Numbered from the stretch's first letter, positions 10,185 to 22,997 are shown. The stretch is DNA of 64,000 nucleotides from Macrostomum lignano (GCA_002269645.1 NIVC01002903.1:7040-71039), one strand, 5' to 3'. Notes: generated by a model from the sequence alone, not told the origin. Program-made: numbers and translations.

Positions 10185-11488
10185 GGCGTGAAGAGGCAGA
10201 ATCTCTTCACTGCTCACTTAACTCAATTGGCCCTCTCTGAGTTCTGTCCAAGGCCTGTCACTTGTTGTAAACTTTAAGTATGCAGTGGGTTCCCACCCTC
10301 TTATCTATTCTTTCTCCTGTTAGTCAGTTCCCTTCTCATTTTGGTGGGGATTACTTAGCGAGGCGGAGTGACTGTGCGGGGGGCGGCTTTCGGATTGGCC
10401 TGCGAAAGAAGACAGAGAGCCAGGGAGAGATCAGAAGGGGGAGTTTCAGTGGGGGCAGAGAAAATGACAAGACGCGCAGGCTTTGGCTCTCACAAGCGCT
10501 GCCCAGACATGCAGATATTTGAGATCGAAGCCAACCGGCTGCTCAAAATGGAAGGGCAGACATTTCACAGGGCAGTTTTTTACTGTCGCCATTCCCTAAG
10601 CAAGCGATCCGGCAGAGCCAGAGCACCAGAAACCAGACAAACTTGCTCAGAAGAATGAGCTGAGCCAGCTCAGGCGTTGCCGGGCAGGCGGTAGGATAAT
10701 TATCCCAATGCCAGCTGTCTCAAGAATCTGCAGAATTCAGAGCGATTCGTTGTAAACCCTCGAGGGGGGGGGTTCGCTAAGATCTTTGAATTTTTTGTCA
10801 ACCCTTAGTTTACCAAGATAACGCTAGCGAATCTTCACTTGCTACTGGTAGTAGTGTAGCTAGGACGCAGCTTTTGACAAGCAGATTTTATTCCTTATAA
10901 CTTTTTTTATAACTACGTGCTTAGCTCGTAAAGTCCCGAAGGGTCCCATCGGACTGACTTCAAAGCACTGAAATTGGATGATGAAGTACGCAGATTTTTT
11001 ATAGTCTACAATATCTCTTTAAGGCCTGTAACATCTCTTTTAGGTCTCAAATGCTACATCCCCTCTTGGAATGAAAATAGGTGAATTAATAGTTATGCAA
11101 TGAATTAGTGACCCCAAGCTTACTTCCAGATACATTTTTACACTCTGTAGTTGCATTGAAAAGTGCACTATGGAAATATTGTAACCATGCTGGACTCAGA
11201 TGAGGCAATCCTCACTGATACCCGTTGCTGCCGTCAACCTGACGTGCTTTTCCTGCTCACCTCGACTGAGGGTTCACTCATCAGAATTCCGACAAGCTTT
11301 TGAAAGGCGCGCTGGCCAAGGTAATTCCGGATTATAGAATGGGAGTGGAAGGTTTGGGATAAAATCACGGGAGAACTTCGTAGGTGTTAGAAAACATGAT
11401 AGCTTATAGAGAGAGGAGAGCATGCAGAGAGAAGACGGAGAAACGAAGATTGGAATCGTAAAAGATTCGATAAAATCAGTTAAAATTT

Positions 11489-11502
11489 GTTGCCATGGTA
11501 AC
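11489..11502. promoter_or_regulatory. RFX X-box (ciliary-gene promoter motif)
   Basis: GTTGCCATGGTAAC is an exact match to GTTNCCATGGNAAC, 1.3 kb upstream of the TTLL10 ATG. Confidence 0.65.
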
Positions 11503-11826
11503 CAGCTGGGGGATTTCGAAGAAAATACACTATTATTTGTTCCGTCAATTGATCCTTAAGCAACTCGACGACTGTCTGAGTCTCTGAATTGAGTTCCATA
11601 GACTCACCCGGGCCATGATGAACATGGGAACTACCTGTTTCCTTTCCCTTCTCTCTCTCTCCCTCTTTCCAGCCTTTTTCTGCATAGCAACAGGCATAGC
11701 AACAGGCCCGTCGTCTCCAAGCGCCCTGCCAGCTCAAAAGTAACTGAAAACTGTTGGTGGCTGCACAGCCAGACTCAGCCTGAGTACTCTGGGCTATTAT
11801 TTTCTTTCCAGCCTCCGCCCTCTCCA

Positions 11827-11845
11827 TCTCTCTCTCTCTCTCTCT
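11827..11845. repeat. (TC)n microsatellite
   Basis: Direct inspection. Confidence 0.9.
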
Positions 11846-11941
11846 TTGTCGCTGAGTCTACTAAAAAGTTCCTTCGGGTTTTGGAATCTGTATTTTTTTG
11901 TCTGGTCACTAAAGATCTTCTCGCCGACTTGGTGCAGTGCG

Positions 11942-11944
<3 letters not shown>

Positions 11945-11986
<42 letters not shown>
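11945..11986. repeat. (GA)n microsatellite
   Basis: Direct inspection. Confidence 0.95.
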
Positions 11987-11989
<3 letters not shown>

Positions 11990-12326
11990 ACCTATTTTTA
12001 ATCTCATACAATCGCTTGCCCTCCCCATACAAGCTTTTTCTCTTCTGCTGGGGCCCGGGGCTGTCTGTCTTTGCCCAGAGAGGACAGAGGAGAGAGAGAG
12101 GGTGATGAGGGAGAGAGGCTGCTGGGGAGCCAATAGAAGAAGAGGTTTCCTAGCCGAGGGTTGGACACTGGTAGTGAAAGACTGAGAGATGAGAGATGAG
12201 GGAGGCGGCTGGGCGCCAGAAAGCAGTTGACATAATCTTTCAAACATAAATAGCTCAATTTTTCTGTTTGGACTCGCTGCTTGTAAGATTAGCGAGCGCA
12301 CCTCGCATAAAAAAGCTCATTTTTAG

Positions 12327-12433
12327 CGAAGCCTTGAGCCGCAGTGGAAATATTCGGTGAAATGTTTGTCCAAACCCACGCGCCCGAATGCAATCACAAC
12401 AGGAACAGAACTGGCATCTTCCTGGCTGCTCAG
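12327..12433 (+). CDS. Putative exon, unknown gene A (RSLEPQWKY...ELASSWLL)
   Basis: TTTTTAG acceptor, AG|GTGAGC donor, open frame. Phase 2 matches the exon at 14222. Confidence 0.4.
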
Positions 12434-12462
12434 GTGAGCTGTGGTTCCGCACACGGGAGAGA

Positions 12463-13552
12463 CTGAGAGTGAATGGATAAGAGTGAATGGGAGAGAGTGA
12501 ATTGGAGAGAGTGAATAGGAGAGAGTGAATAACTAAAAAATGAATGACTGAGAGTGAATTGGAGAGAGTGAATAGGAGAGAGTGAATGGCTGAGAGTGAT
12601 TGGCTGAGAGTGAATGGCTGAGAGTGAATGGCTGAGAGTGAATGGCTGAGAGTGAATGGCTGAGAGTGATTGGCTGAGAGTGAATGGCTGAGAGTGAATG
12701 GCTGAGAGTGAATGGCTGAGAGTGAATGGCTGAGAGTGAATGGCTGAGAGTGAATGGCTGAGAGTGAATGGCTGAGAGTGAATGGCTGAGAGTGAATGGC
12801 TGAGAGTGAATGGCTGAGAGTGAATGGCTGAGAGTGAATGGCTGAGAGTGAATGGCTGAGAGTGAATGGCTGAGAGTGAATGGCTGAGAGTGAATGGCTG
12901 AGAGTGAATGGCTGAGAGTGAATGGCTGAGAGTGAATGGCTGAGAGTGAATGGCTGAGAGTGAATGGCTGAGAGTGAATGGCTGAGAGTGAATGGCTGAG
13001 AGTGAATGGCTGAGAGTGAATGGCTGAGAGTGAATGGCTGAGAGTGAATGGCTGAGAGTGAATGGCTGAGAGTGAATGGCTGAGAGTGAATGGCTGAGAG
13101 TGAATGGCTGAGAGTGAATGGCTGAGAGTGAATGGCTGAGAGTGAATGGCTGAGAGTGAATGGCTGAGAGTGATTGGCTGAGAGTGAATGGCTGAGAGTG
13201 AATGGCTGAGAGTGAATGGCTGAGAGTGAATGGCTGAGAGTGAATGGCTGAGAGTGAATGGCTGAGAGTGAATGGCTGAGAGTGAATGGCTGAGAGTGAA
13301 TGGCAGAGAGTGAATGGCTGAGAGTGAATGGCTGAGAGTGAATGGCAGAGAGTGAATGGCTGAGAGTGAATGGCTGAGAGTGAATGGCTGAGAGTGAATG
13401 GCTGTGAGTGAATAGGAGGGAGTGAATGGCTGAGAGTGAATGGCTGAGAGTGAATGGCTGAGAGTGAATGGCTGAGAGTGAATGGCTGAGAGTGAATGGC
13501 TGAGAGTGAATGGCTGAGAGTAAATGGTTGAGAGTGACTGAGAGAGAGTGAA
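12463..13552. repeat. 14-bp minisatellite (GCTGAGAGTGAATG)n
   Basis: Direct inspection; explains the SHSLSAIHSQPFTL ORFs. Confidence 0.97.
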
Positions 13553-13616
13553 TATAAGGGTGTCGTAAGAATGTGAATGAATGTAGATGTAAGAGTGGAT
13601 GTACGAATGGAGGATT

Positions 13617-13895
13617 GTGAAGGATGGCCAGGGGAGTGAAGGATGGCCAGGGGAGTGAAGGATGGCCAGGGGAGTGAAGGATGGCCAGGGGAGTGAAGGA
13701 TGGCCAGGGGAGTGAAGGATGGCCAGGGGAGTGAAGGATGGCCAGGGGAGTGAAGGATGGCCAGGGGAGTGAAGGATGGCCAGGGGAGTGAAGGATGGCC
13801 AGGGGAGTGAAGGATGGCCAGGGGAGTGAAGGATGGCCAGGGGAGTGAAGGATGGCCAGGGGAGTGAAGGATGGCCAGGGGAGTGAAGGGTGGCA
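13617..13895. repeat. 19-bp minisatellite (AGGATGGCCAGGGGAGTGA)n
   Basis: Direct inspection, about 14 copies. Confidence 0.97.
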
Positions 13896-14081
13896 AGTGA
13901 GGGTACTAGGCTATGTAATAAATAGGTAAAAATGCGCACGCCATGTCAGCGGAAGCAGAGACGGGCCAGAGACTCGGGCAGGCGGTTAAGCGGAAGGAGA
14001 CACGTGTGGGGAGAAATCATAAAATCTGTCAAAGTTACGCTCATCAATCTGTGCTGTCATGCTGAAATGCAGCAGAATCTG

Positions 14082-14096
14082 GTTGCCAGTGGCAAC
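14082..14096. promoter_or_regulatory. Second RFX X-box-like palindrome
   Basis: GTTGCC-AGT-GGCAAC fits GTNRCC(N0-3)RGYAAC. Confidence 0.4.
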
Positions 14097-14221
14097 CGAA
14101 GCAGAAAATTCCTAGCTCTTGTTGACTTTGAGAAGCCACTACGCCTCTCTGAATTATTGTCTGAATAATTGCTAAGCGTATTTCTATCTACATTCTCTAT
14201 TAGGGGTTGAGCTATTTTGAG

Positions 14222-14292
14222 CATTGATGAGGCCGCCTCACGGCTGCTGAGGGGTTTTGTCAAGCTGACGGGTCCGTGGAAGAGGGACGAAA
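14222..14292 (+). CDS. Putative exon, unknown gene A ([23 protein letters not shown])
   Basis: AG acceptor at 14221. GTGAGC donor at 14293, or alternative donor at 14316 giving phase 0 to match 15964. Confidence 0.45.
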
Positions 14293-14430
14293 GTGAGCAG
14301 AGGCGGCAAAAACAAGTGACAGACAGAATGAAGACAATTAAACTTGGGAGAGATGTGCGTTGCTGGGCCATTGTACTAGTATTTAGGATGGTTACGAGAA
14401 GGTCAGCCAGATTGACTGGTAGATTAGTAG

Positions 14431-15905
14431 GGACAGGCAGAGGGCAGACAGACAGATGGCAGACAGGCAGAGAGGCAGAGGGCAGACAGGCAGAGAGGCA
14501 GAGAGGCAGAGGGCAGAGAGGCAGAGGCCAGAGAGACAGAGAGGCAGAGGGCAGAGAGGCAGAGGGCAGAGAGGCAGAGAGGCAGAGGGCAGAGAGGCAG
14601 AGAGGCAGAGAGGCAGAGGGCGGAGAGGCAGAGGGCAGAGAGGCAGAGAGGCAAAGGGCGGAGAGGCAGAGGCCAGAGAGGCAGAGGCCAGAGAGACAGA
14701 GGGCAGAAGGCAGAGGGGCAGAGAGGCAGAGGGCAGAGAGGCAGAGGCCAGAGAGACAGAGAGGCAGAGGGCAGAGAGGCAGAGGGCAGAGAGGCAGAGA
14801 GGCAGAGGGCAGAGAGGCAGAGAGGCAGAGGGCAGAGAGGCAGAGAGGCAAAGGGCGGAGAGGCAGAGGGCAGAGAGGCAGACAGGCAGAGGGCAGAGTG
14901 CAGAGAGGCAGAGAGGCAGAGGGCAGAGAGGCAGAGAGGCAGAGAGGCATAGGGCGGAGAGGCAGAGGGCAGAGAGGCAGAGAGGCAGAGGGCAGAGAGG
15001 CAGAGAGGCAGAGGGCAGAGAGGCAGAGAGGCAGAGAGGCATAGGGCGGAGAGGCAGAGGGCAGAGAGGCAGAGAGGCAAAGGGCGGAGAGGCAGAGGGC
15101 AGAGAGGCAGACAGGCAGAGGGCAGAGTGCAGAGAGGCAGAGGGCAGAGAGGCAGAGGCCAGAGAGACAGAGAGGCAGAGGGCAGACAGGCAGAGGGCAG
15201 AGAGGCAGCGAGGCAGAGGGCAGAGGGCAGAGTGGCAGAGAGGCAGAGAGGCAGAGAGGCAGAGAGGCAGAGGGCAGAAGGCAGAGAGGCAGAGAGGCAG
15301 AGGGCAGAGAGGCAGACAGGCAGAGGGCAGAGAGGCAGACAGGCAGAGGGCAGAGTGGCAGAGAGGCAGAGGGCAGAAGGCAGAGGGCAGAGAGGCAAAG
15401 GGCAGAGAGGCAGAGGGCAGAGAGGCAGAGGGCAGAGAGGCAGAGAGGCATAAGGCAGAAGGCAGAGGGCAGAGAGACAAAGGGCAGAGAGGCAGAGGGC
15501 AGAGAGGCAGAGAGGCAGAGGGCAGAGGGCAGAAGGCAGAGGGCAGAGAGGCAGACAGGCAGAGGGCAGAGTGGCAGAGAGGCAGAAGGCAGAGAGGCAG
15601 AGAGGCAGAGGGCAGAGCGCAGACAGGCAGAGAGGCAGAGGGCAGAAGGCAGAGGGCAGAGAGGCAGACAGGCAGAGGGCAGAGTGGCAGAGAGGCAGAG
15701 GGCAGTAGGCAGAGGGCAGAGAGGCAGACAGGCAGAGGGCAGAGTGGCAGAGAGGCAGAGGGCAGAAGGCAGAGGGCAGAGAGGCAAAGGGCGGAGAGGC
15801 AGAGGGCAGAGGCAGAGGGCAGAGAGGCAGAGGGCAGAGAGGCAGAGGGCAGAGAGGCAAAGGGCGGAGAGGCAGAGGTCAGAGAGGCAGAGGGCAGACA
15901 GGCAG
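14431..15905. repeat. Purine-rich mosaic minisatellite of GGCAGAG / GGCAGAGAG units
   Basis: Direct inspection; source of several spurious long ORFs. Confidence 0.95.
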
Positions 15906-15963
15906 AGGAGGGGTAGAGGGGCAGGCGAGAGAAAAATCACCCAATTCCGCCGTCTGTTCGCAG

Positions 15964-16113
15964 GAGTCGCTCACAGTCTACAGGCCAAAACAGGCAAACA
16001 GGGACTCTGACAGGGGACTGTCAAGGCAGCACCAGCCGCCTCCCTCGCAGCAGCAGCAGAATTTTGCAGCTCATTCAGCACACGACCAAGTGGAGAGATT
16101 TATGCGGGAGAAG
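15964..16113 (+). CDS. Putative exon, unknown gene A ([10 protein letters not shown]...QVERFMREK)
   Basis: CTGTTCGCAG acceptor, 150 nt open, AAG|GTGCCG donor, phase 0 into 16207 across a 93-nt intron. Confidence 0.6.
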
Positions 16114-16206
16114 GTGCCGGTTGCTACGCGTTCATACTCGTAATTAATTATTTGTGCCTGTTTGCTTCTTCATGCTCAAATCGTCCCCACCTTCCCCGCC
16201 TGGCAG

Positions 16207-16302
16207 ACTCTGCTGGAGCAGCTGCGCGTTCGAGACGCGCGGCGTGGCTTCGTCGGTAGTCGAGGATTGGAGAACTACCGGCTGAAGAGGATGCAGTCCT
16301 GC
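16207..16302 (+). CDS. Putative exon, unknown gene A ([32 protein letters not shown])
   Basis: Pyrimidine tract plus CAG acceptor, GTGAGC donor, phase 0, GC3-rich codons. Confidence 0.7.
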
Positions 16303-16311
16303 GTGAGCTGC

Positions 16312-16803
<492 letters not shown>

Positions 16804-16835
16804 CACATGCTCATCCTCCCCGCCCGCACCCCCAG

Positions 16836-17369
16836 CTGGAGGGTATGAGGCTTCAACGCGAACCGACAGCCGCTTCGCTGGACTCGCCGAGGCTGCGAAA
16901 TTCGCGCGCGGCCGCTGCGCCGCCGTTGAGTCGCCTGGTGACGGCGGCAGCGTCGCACTCGGCGGCGGAACCGGCGGCCGGTCGGCAGCTGTGGCGCACT
17001 CGACGATCTCAGCTGCCCTTGACGGCCTCCTCGCTGTCGGAGCCGCCCGGGCAGCCCCAGCAGCAGCCGCAGCAGCTCCATCGGTCCTTTGCCCAGCCGC
17101 CTACCGTCAACCTCGGCGCCGATTTTCAGCAGCCGGCGCCGCTGCCAGCGCTGGCCAGGGGCGCCAGGCGGCAGAGGCGAGGCGTCGCAGAATTTGCGCC
17201 AGGCTCAAAAGCCACCCAGCAGCAGCAGCAGCAGAAGCTGTACTTTAGCAGCGGTGGCGGCGGTGGAGCTGTGGCAGGCATCGGCCAGCGGCTGTACAGA
17301 ATGAGGAGCGGGCGGGAGCGCCTGAGGCAGCTCGGATTGAGGGGTGAGCAGTCATTTCACCTGGCTTAG
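16836..17369 (+). CDS. Putative exon, unknown gene A ([10 protein letters not shown]... Q/A/G-rich)
   Basis: CCCCCAG acceptor, phase 0. Ends at TAG 17369 or at donor G|GTGAGC 17343/17344 (phase 1). Confidence 0.65.
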   Translation: MEGMRLQREPTAASLDSPRLRNSRAAAAPPLSRLVTAAASHSAAEPAAGRQLWRTRRSQLPLTASSLSEPPGQPQQQPQQLHRSFAQPPTVNLGADFQQPAPLPALARGARRQRRGVAEFAPGSKATQQQQQQKLYFSSGGGGGAVAGIGQRLYRMRSGRERLRQLGLRGEQSFHLA

Positions 17370-18002
17370 AGTCCTTAGTCCCCTGGCTTAGAGTCCTTAG
17401 TCCCCTGGCTTAGAGTCCTTAGTCCCCTGGCTTAGAGTCCTTAGTCCCCTGGCTTAGAGTCCTTAGTCCCCTGGCTTAGAGTCCTTAGTCCCCTGGCTTA
17501 GAGTCCTTAGTCCCCTGGCTTAGAGTCCTTAGTCCCCTGGCTTAGAGTCCTTAGTCTCATGGCTTACGGTCCTTAGTCTCATGGCTTAGAGTCCTTAGTC
17601 CCCTGGCTTACAGTCCTTAGTCCCCTGGCTTAGAGTCCTTAGTCTCATGGCTTAGAGTCCTTAGTCTCATGGCTTAGAGTCCTTAGTCTCATGGCTTAGA
17701 GTCATTAGTCCCCTGGCTTAGAGTCCTTAGTCTCATGGCTTAGAGTCCTTAGTCTCATGGCTTAGAGTCATTAGTCCCCTGGCTTAGAGTCCTTAGTCTC
17801 ATGGCTTAGAGTCCTTAGTCCCCTGGCTTACAGTCCTTAGTCCCCTGGCTTAGAGTCCTTAGTCTCATGGCTTAGAGTCCTTAGTCTCATGGCTTAGAGT
17901 CCTTAGTCTCATGGCTTAGAGTCCTTAGTCTCATGGCTTAGAGTCCTTAGTCTCATGGCTTAGAGTCCTTAGTCTCATGGCTTAGAGTCCTTAGTCCCCT
18001 GG
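17360..18002. repeat. 22-bp minisatellite (GGCTTAGAGTCCTTAGTCCCCT / ...TCTCAT)n
   Basis: Direct inspection, two unit variants. Confidence 0.97.
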
Positions 18003-18330
18003 CCCTAAGCATTCCATATGCTTAACGTGCCTACTCACTTAAGTAGTCTGTCTGGCCATCTGCCGAGATTCGCATCGGATTTTAATTAGCCATAAATAAA
18101 AAGCAGAGAAAACTAAACATAACGCTTGAATACGCCGTACTATTTTATTGATAATGAGCCGGCCCCGCTAATTAATTCTGCACTGATTACTGCATTTCCG
18201 AGTTTTCATGCATGATCGATGCGAGGTTCCGACCTCATAAATAGATTGATTAGATAGGAAAGCTGGACTCCTTAAATAGAATTATGAATGGGTTTTAAGC
18301 ATGAATATTAGGGATTATACACTTGGCTAG

Positions 18331-18830
18331 AGACTGGGGTGAGATTCGGTTGCTAACGGGTGAGATTCGGTTGAGACTGAGATTCGGTTTGGACTGTGAT
18401 GAGATTCGGTTCAGACTGTGACGAGACTGGGGTGAGATTCGGTTGAGACTAGGGTGAGATTCGGTTGAGACTAGGGTGAGATTCGGTTGAGACTAGGGTG
18501 AGATTCGGTTGAGACTAGGGTGAGATTCGGTTGAGACTGGGGTGAAATTCGTTTGAGGTTGGGGTGAGATTCGGTTGAGACTGGGGTGAGATTCGGTTGA
18601 GAGTGGATGAGACTCGGTTGAGACTAGGGTGAGATTCAGTTGAGACTGGGGTGAGATTCGTTTGAGATTGGGGTGAGATTCGGTTGAGACTAGGGTGAGA
18701 TTCGGTTGAGACTAGGGTGAGATTCGGTTGAGAGTGGATGAGACTCGGTTGAGATTGGGGTGAGATTCAGTTGAGAGTGGGTGAGATTCGGTTGAGATTA
18801 GGATGAGACTGGGTTCAGTCTCAGGTGAGA
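18331..18830. repeat. 22-bp minisatellite (GGGTGAGATTCGGTTGAGACTA)n
   Basis: Direct inspection. Confidence 0.95.
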
Positions 18831-19278
18831 CACTGCTGCAGGATGCAGGACTATTAGTGAGTTAGCTCGCCAGTGCAGGCAAACGAAGTGCAGGATTTCC
18901 GCAGCTTGGCAAACAGACTGTCTGGTCCTGCTGTGTCCTGTGAAGCGAGTCAGTCAGTAATCTTGAGAGACGCAGAGAAACTAGCGGGTTCATTAAGGTG
19001 AGCTTGCAAGACTCAGCTTCATCTCAAAGGAATTTTTTGCACTGAACAGCGAGCTGAGGTGCTCAACTCGCCTGGGAATTCCCTGGCAAACTCGAAGTGA
19101 AAACAAGCTTTTCTTTTCACTTCCCTCGCAGTCTCTGTGTTGTCTCCGTCCCACTCGAATCTCGGGGGTGATTCTCATTCATCGCTGCTCATGCGGGCAT
19201 CCGCTTGCACCTCGCATCCCCTCTTCTCTCCCTCTCTGACCTCCTCTTCCTATTCTTCCATTCCATGAGAGGCTGCAG

Positions 19279-19511
19279 GATTGCTGCGAAAATTAAATTC
19301 CGAGTTGCTGGGGCAGCCCCCGCCTTCCCCATCTGGGAGCTCAAATTCCAGCCATCCTAATTCATCCCATTCAGTTCTGGCTGAATCCCCGGTTGAGTTA
19401 CTCAAGATGGCAAATATTGGTTCAACTCAATCAAATCAAAGAAGACCTTTGTCTTTGTCAGCCTTTTCTCAGTTCGAGTGGCTGGAGCATATTTTATTGA
19501 GCTTTTCTTGA
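19279..19511 (+). CDS. Possible Ser/Pro-rich exon of gene A (GLLRKLNSELLGQPPPSPSG...)
   Basis: CTGCAG acceptor at 19278, phase 1 matches the 17343 donor. 3' boundary uncertain. Confidence 0.35.
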
Positions 19512-19581
19512 GAAACGGGATTTCCTGGAATTTCAAGATTTATCAGTGAGTTTTTGTTTTGAGTATTTTTTCCGCAGTCGA

Positions 19582-21577
19582 TCATGAACTCAATCACCCC
19601 ATGAACTCAATCATCCCATGAACTCAATCACCTCATGAACTCAATAACTCGATCATGAACTCAATCACCCCATGAACTCAATCACTCCATGAACTCAATC
19701 ACTAATGAAATCACTCACCCCATGAACTCAATCACCCCATGAACTCAATCACCCCATGAACTCAATCACCCCATGAACTTAATCACCCCATGAACTCAAT
19801 CACTCATGAACTCAATCACTCATGAACTCAATCACCCCATGAACTCAATCACTAATGAACTCAATCACTCATGAACTCAATCACTCATGAACTCAATCAC
19901 TCATGAACTCAATCACTCATGAACTCAATCACTCATGAACTCAATCACTCATGAACTCAATCACCCCATGAACTCAATCACCCCATGAACTCAATCACCC
20001 CATGAACTCAATCACCCCATGAACTCAATCACTCATGAACTCAATCACCCTATGAACTCAACCACCCCATGAACTCAACCACCCCATGAACTCAACCACC
20101 CCATGAACTCAATCACCCTATGAACTCAATCACCCCATGAACTCAATCACCCCATGAACTCAATCACTCATGAACTCAATCACTCATGAACTCAATCATT
20201 CATGAACTCAATCACCCTATGAACTCAACCACCCCATGAACTCAACCACCCCATGAACTCAATCACCTCATGAACTCAATAACTCGATCATGAACTCAAT
20301 CACCCCATGAACTCAATCACTCCATGAACTCAATCACTAATGAAATCACTCACCCCATGAACTCAATCACCCCATGAACTCAATCACCCCATGAACTCAA
20401 TCACCCCATGAACTTAATCACCCCATGAACTCAATCACTCATGAACTCAATCACTCATGAACTCAATCACCCCATGAACTCAATCACTCATGAACTCAAT
20501 CACTCATGAACTCAATCACTCATGAACTCAATCACTCATGAACTCAATCACTCATGAACTCAATCACTCATGAACTCAATCACCCCATGAACTCAATCAC
20601 CCCATGAACTCAATCACCCCATGAACTCAATCACCCCATGAACTCAATCACCCCATGAACTCAATCACTCATGAACTCAATCACCCTATGAACTCAACCA
20701 CCCCATGAACTCAACCACCCCATGAACTCAACCACCCCATGAACTCAATCACCCTATGAACTCAATCACCCCATGAACTCAATCACCCCATGAACTCAAT
20801 CACTCATGAACTCAATCACTCATGAACTCAATCATTCATGAACTCAATCACCCTATGAACTCAACCACCCCATGAACTCAACCACCCCATGAACTCAACC
20901 ACCCTATGAACTCAATCACCCTATGAACTCAATCACCCCATGAACTCAATCATCCCATGAACTCAATCACCTCATGAACTCAATAACTCGATCATGAACT
21001 CAATCACCCCATGAACTCAATCACTCCATGAACTCAATCACTAATGAAATCACTCACCCCATGAACTCAATCACCCCATGAACTCAATCACCCCATGAAC
21101 TCAATCACCCCATGAACTTAATCACCCCATGAACTCAATCACTCATGAACTCAATCACTCATGAACTCAATCACCCCATGAACTCAATCACTCATGAACT
21201 CAATCACTCATGAACTCAATCACTCATGAACTCAATCACTCATGAACTCAATCACTCATGAACTCAATCACTCATGAACTCAATCACCCCATGAACTCAA
21301 TCACCCCATGAACTCAATCACCCCATGAACTCAATCACCCCATGAACTCAATCACCCCATGAACTCAATCACTCATGAACTCAATCACCCTATGAACTCA
21401 ACCACCCCATGAACTCAACCACCCCATGAACTCAACCACCCCATGAACTCAATCACCCTATGAACTCAATCACCCCATGAACTCAATCACCCCATGAACT
21501 CAATCACTCATGAACTCAATCACTCATGAACTCAATCATTCATGAACTCAATCACTCATGAACTCAATCACTCATGA
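19582..21577. repeat. 16/17-bp minisatellite (ATGAACTCAATCACCCC / ATGAACTCAATCACTC)n with higher-order structure
   Basis: Direct inspection. Rare variant AATAACTCGATC at 19643, 20278 and 20982. Confidence 0.97.
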
Positions 21578-21997
21578 CTCGCGCACTTCCGAACGTACTC
21601 ATGAACTCACGACTTCACCCTGTATTTATTTACATCTGCCTTCTACCATTCGCCAATAATGTATTCCTGTAGCAATTATGCTTAGTTGGCTAGCATTTCC
21701 TTGTTCCAATATTTCCAACAAAATTCTCTCAAGTCTGACCGTAATTTTTGCTATTCGAGTGCCTCAGCTATCGCATATCAGTATCCCGAATCAACCGAAT
21801 AAAGGCTGCGGGATAAAATGAGACAAATTGGCGAGATCCCCAGTTGAGAGGAGACAGATCCCAACGGAATGCGCGAGTCCTTCTCTCTTCCTCTCTCTCT
21901 TCCTCATCATCAATACCGCATCGCCGACACAATGCCCGCAAGCACAGGCCGGATTTCGCTTCCCAACCCTCCCTCTCCTTCCCTCCTCATCCCCAAG

Positions 21998-22058
21998 GTC
22001 CCCTCTTGGAGCCAATGGGATCCGCTCGATGCCAAGGAGGGAATTCTGCAGAGAGATA
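21998..22058 (+). CDS. Possible small exon (gene A, 3' cluster)
   Basis: Long pyrimidine tract plus AAG acceptor, strong GTAAGT donor. The phase-2 end joins 22357. Confidence 0.4.
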
Positions 22059-22356
22059 GTAAGTGAGAGAGGGGGAGGTACGGCAGAGGCTGCCTGTCCA
22101 CCTCAGGCTGAGGCCCCAGCCCTAGAGTGGGGGAGGCAAAGGCCGGGCAGAGATGCAGAGGACACATGCAGAGGCAGGGGATGCATGATTGATATTTTAC
22201 ACCGCGGATAAATGCATGGGGGGAGGTGAAGGCCGAGTAGACAGACTCAGAAGAGTGACTCAGACAGCACAAAGCACAGCTGGCATCTCAGCCACGAGGG
22301 TCTGCGGCAGGCGCTTTCAAGTTTTCCTTTCGAGTTGCATTGCTAATTTTGACCAG

Positions 22357-22517
22357 CCGAGTGGCCAGCTGTGGCCCGAGAGACTGCTCGAAGCGCTCGA
22401 TGTCCGAGTTCCTGTCCAACATCCGGACCCGGGTGTCCGCCGTTGTCAACGAAATGGCGACCGCCATCAGCCCGCGGCTTCAACGGCGAGGCTTCGCGGG
22501 CAACGCCGCTCCAGCTG
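22357..22517 (+). CDS. Exon, unknown gene A 3' cluster (RVASCG...MSEFLSNIRTRVSAVVNEMATAISPRLQRRGF)
   Basis: TTTTGACCAG acceptor, G|GTGAGC donor, strongly GC3-biased codons. Confidence 0.65.
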
Positions 22518-22526
22518 GTGAGCTGC

Positions 22527-22997
22527 AGATGGCGTGCCTGGCTTTGAGATGGCGCGCGCCTGGCTTTGAGATGGCGTGCGCCTGGCTTTGAGATGGCGTG
22601 CGCCGGGCTTTGAGATGGCGCGCCTGGCTTTGAGATGGCGTGCGCCTGGCTTTGAGATGGCGTGCGCCGGGCTTTGAGATGGCGTGTCTGGCTTTGAGAT
22701 GCGCCGGGCTTTGAGATGGCGTGCGCCGGGCTTTGAGATGGCGTGCGCCTGGCTTTGAGATGGCGTGCGCCGGGCTTTGAGATGGCGTGCGCCGGGCTTT
22801 GAGATGGCGTGCCTAGCTTTGAGATGGCGTGCGCCGGGCTTTGAGATGGCGTGTCTGGCTTTGAGATGCGCCGGGCTTTGAGATGGCGTGCGCCGGGCTT
22901 TGAGATGGCACTCGCCTGGCTTTGAGATGGCACTCGCCTGGCTTTGAGATGGCACTCGCCTGGCTTTGAGATGGCACTCGCCTGGCTTTGAGATGGC
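22527..22997. repeat. 22-bp minisatellite (GCTTTGAGATGGCGTGCGCCTG)n
   Basis: Direct inspection. Confidence 0.97.

Noticed and set aside
10368-12170. Possible additional 5' exons of gene A or a TTLL10 5' UTR exon (10465-10690, 11190-11310, 12077-12168)
   Set aside because: Several alternative frames and splice sites are equally plausible and none could be linked unambiguously.
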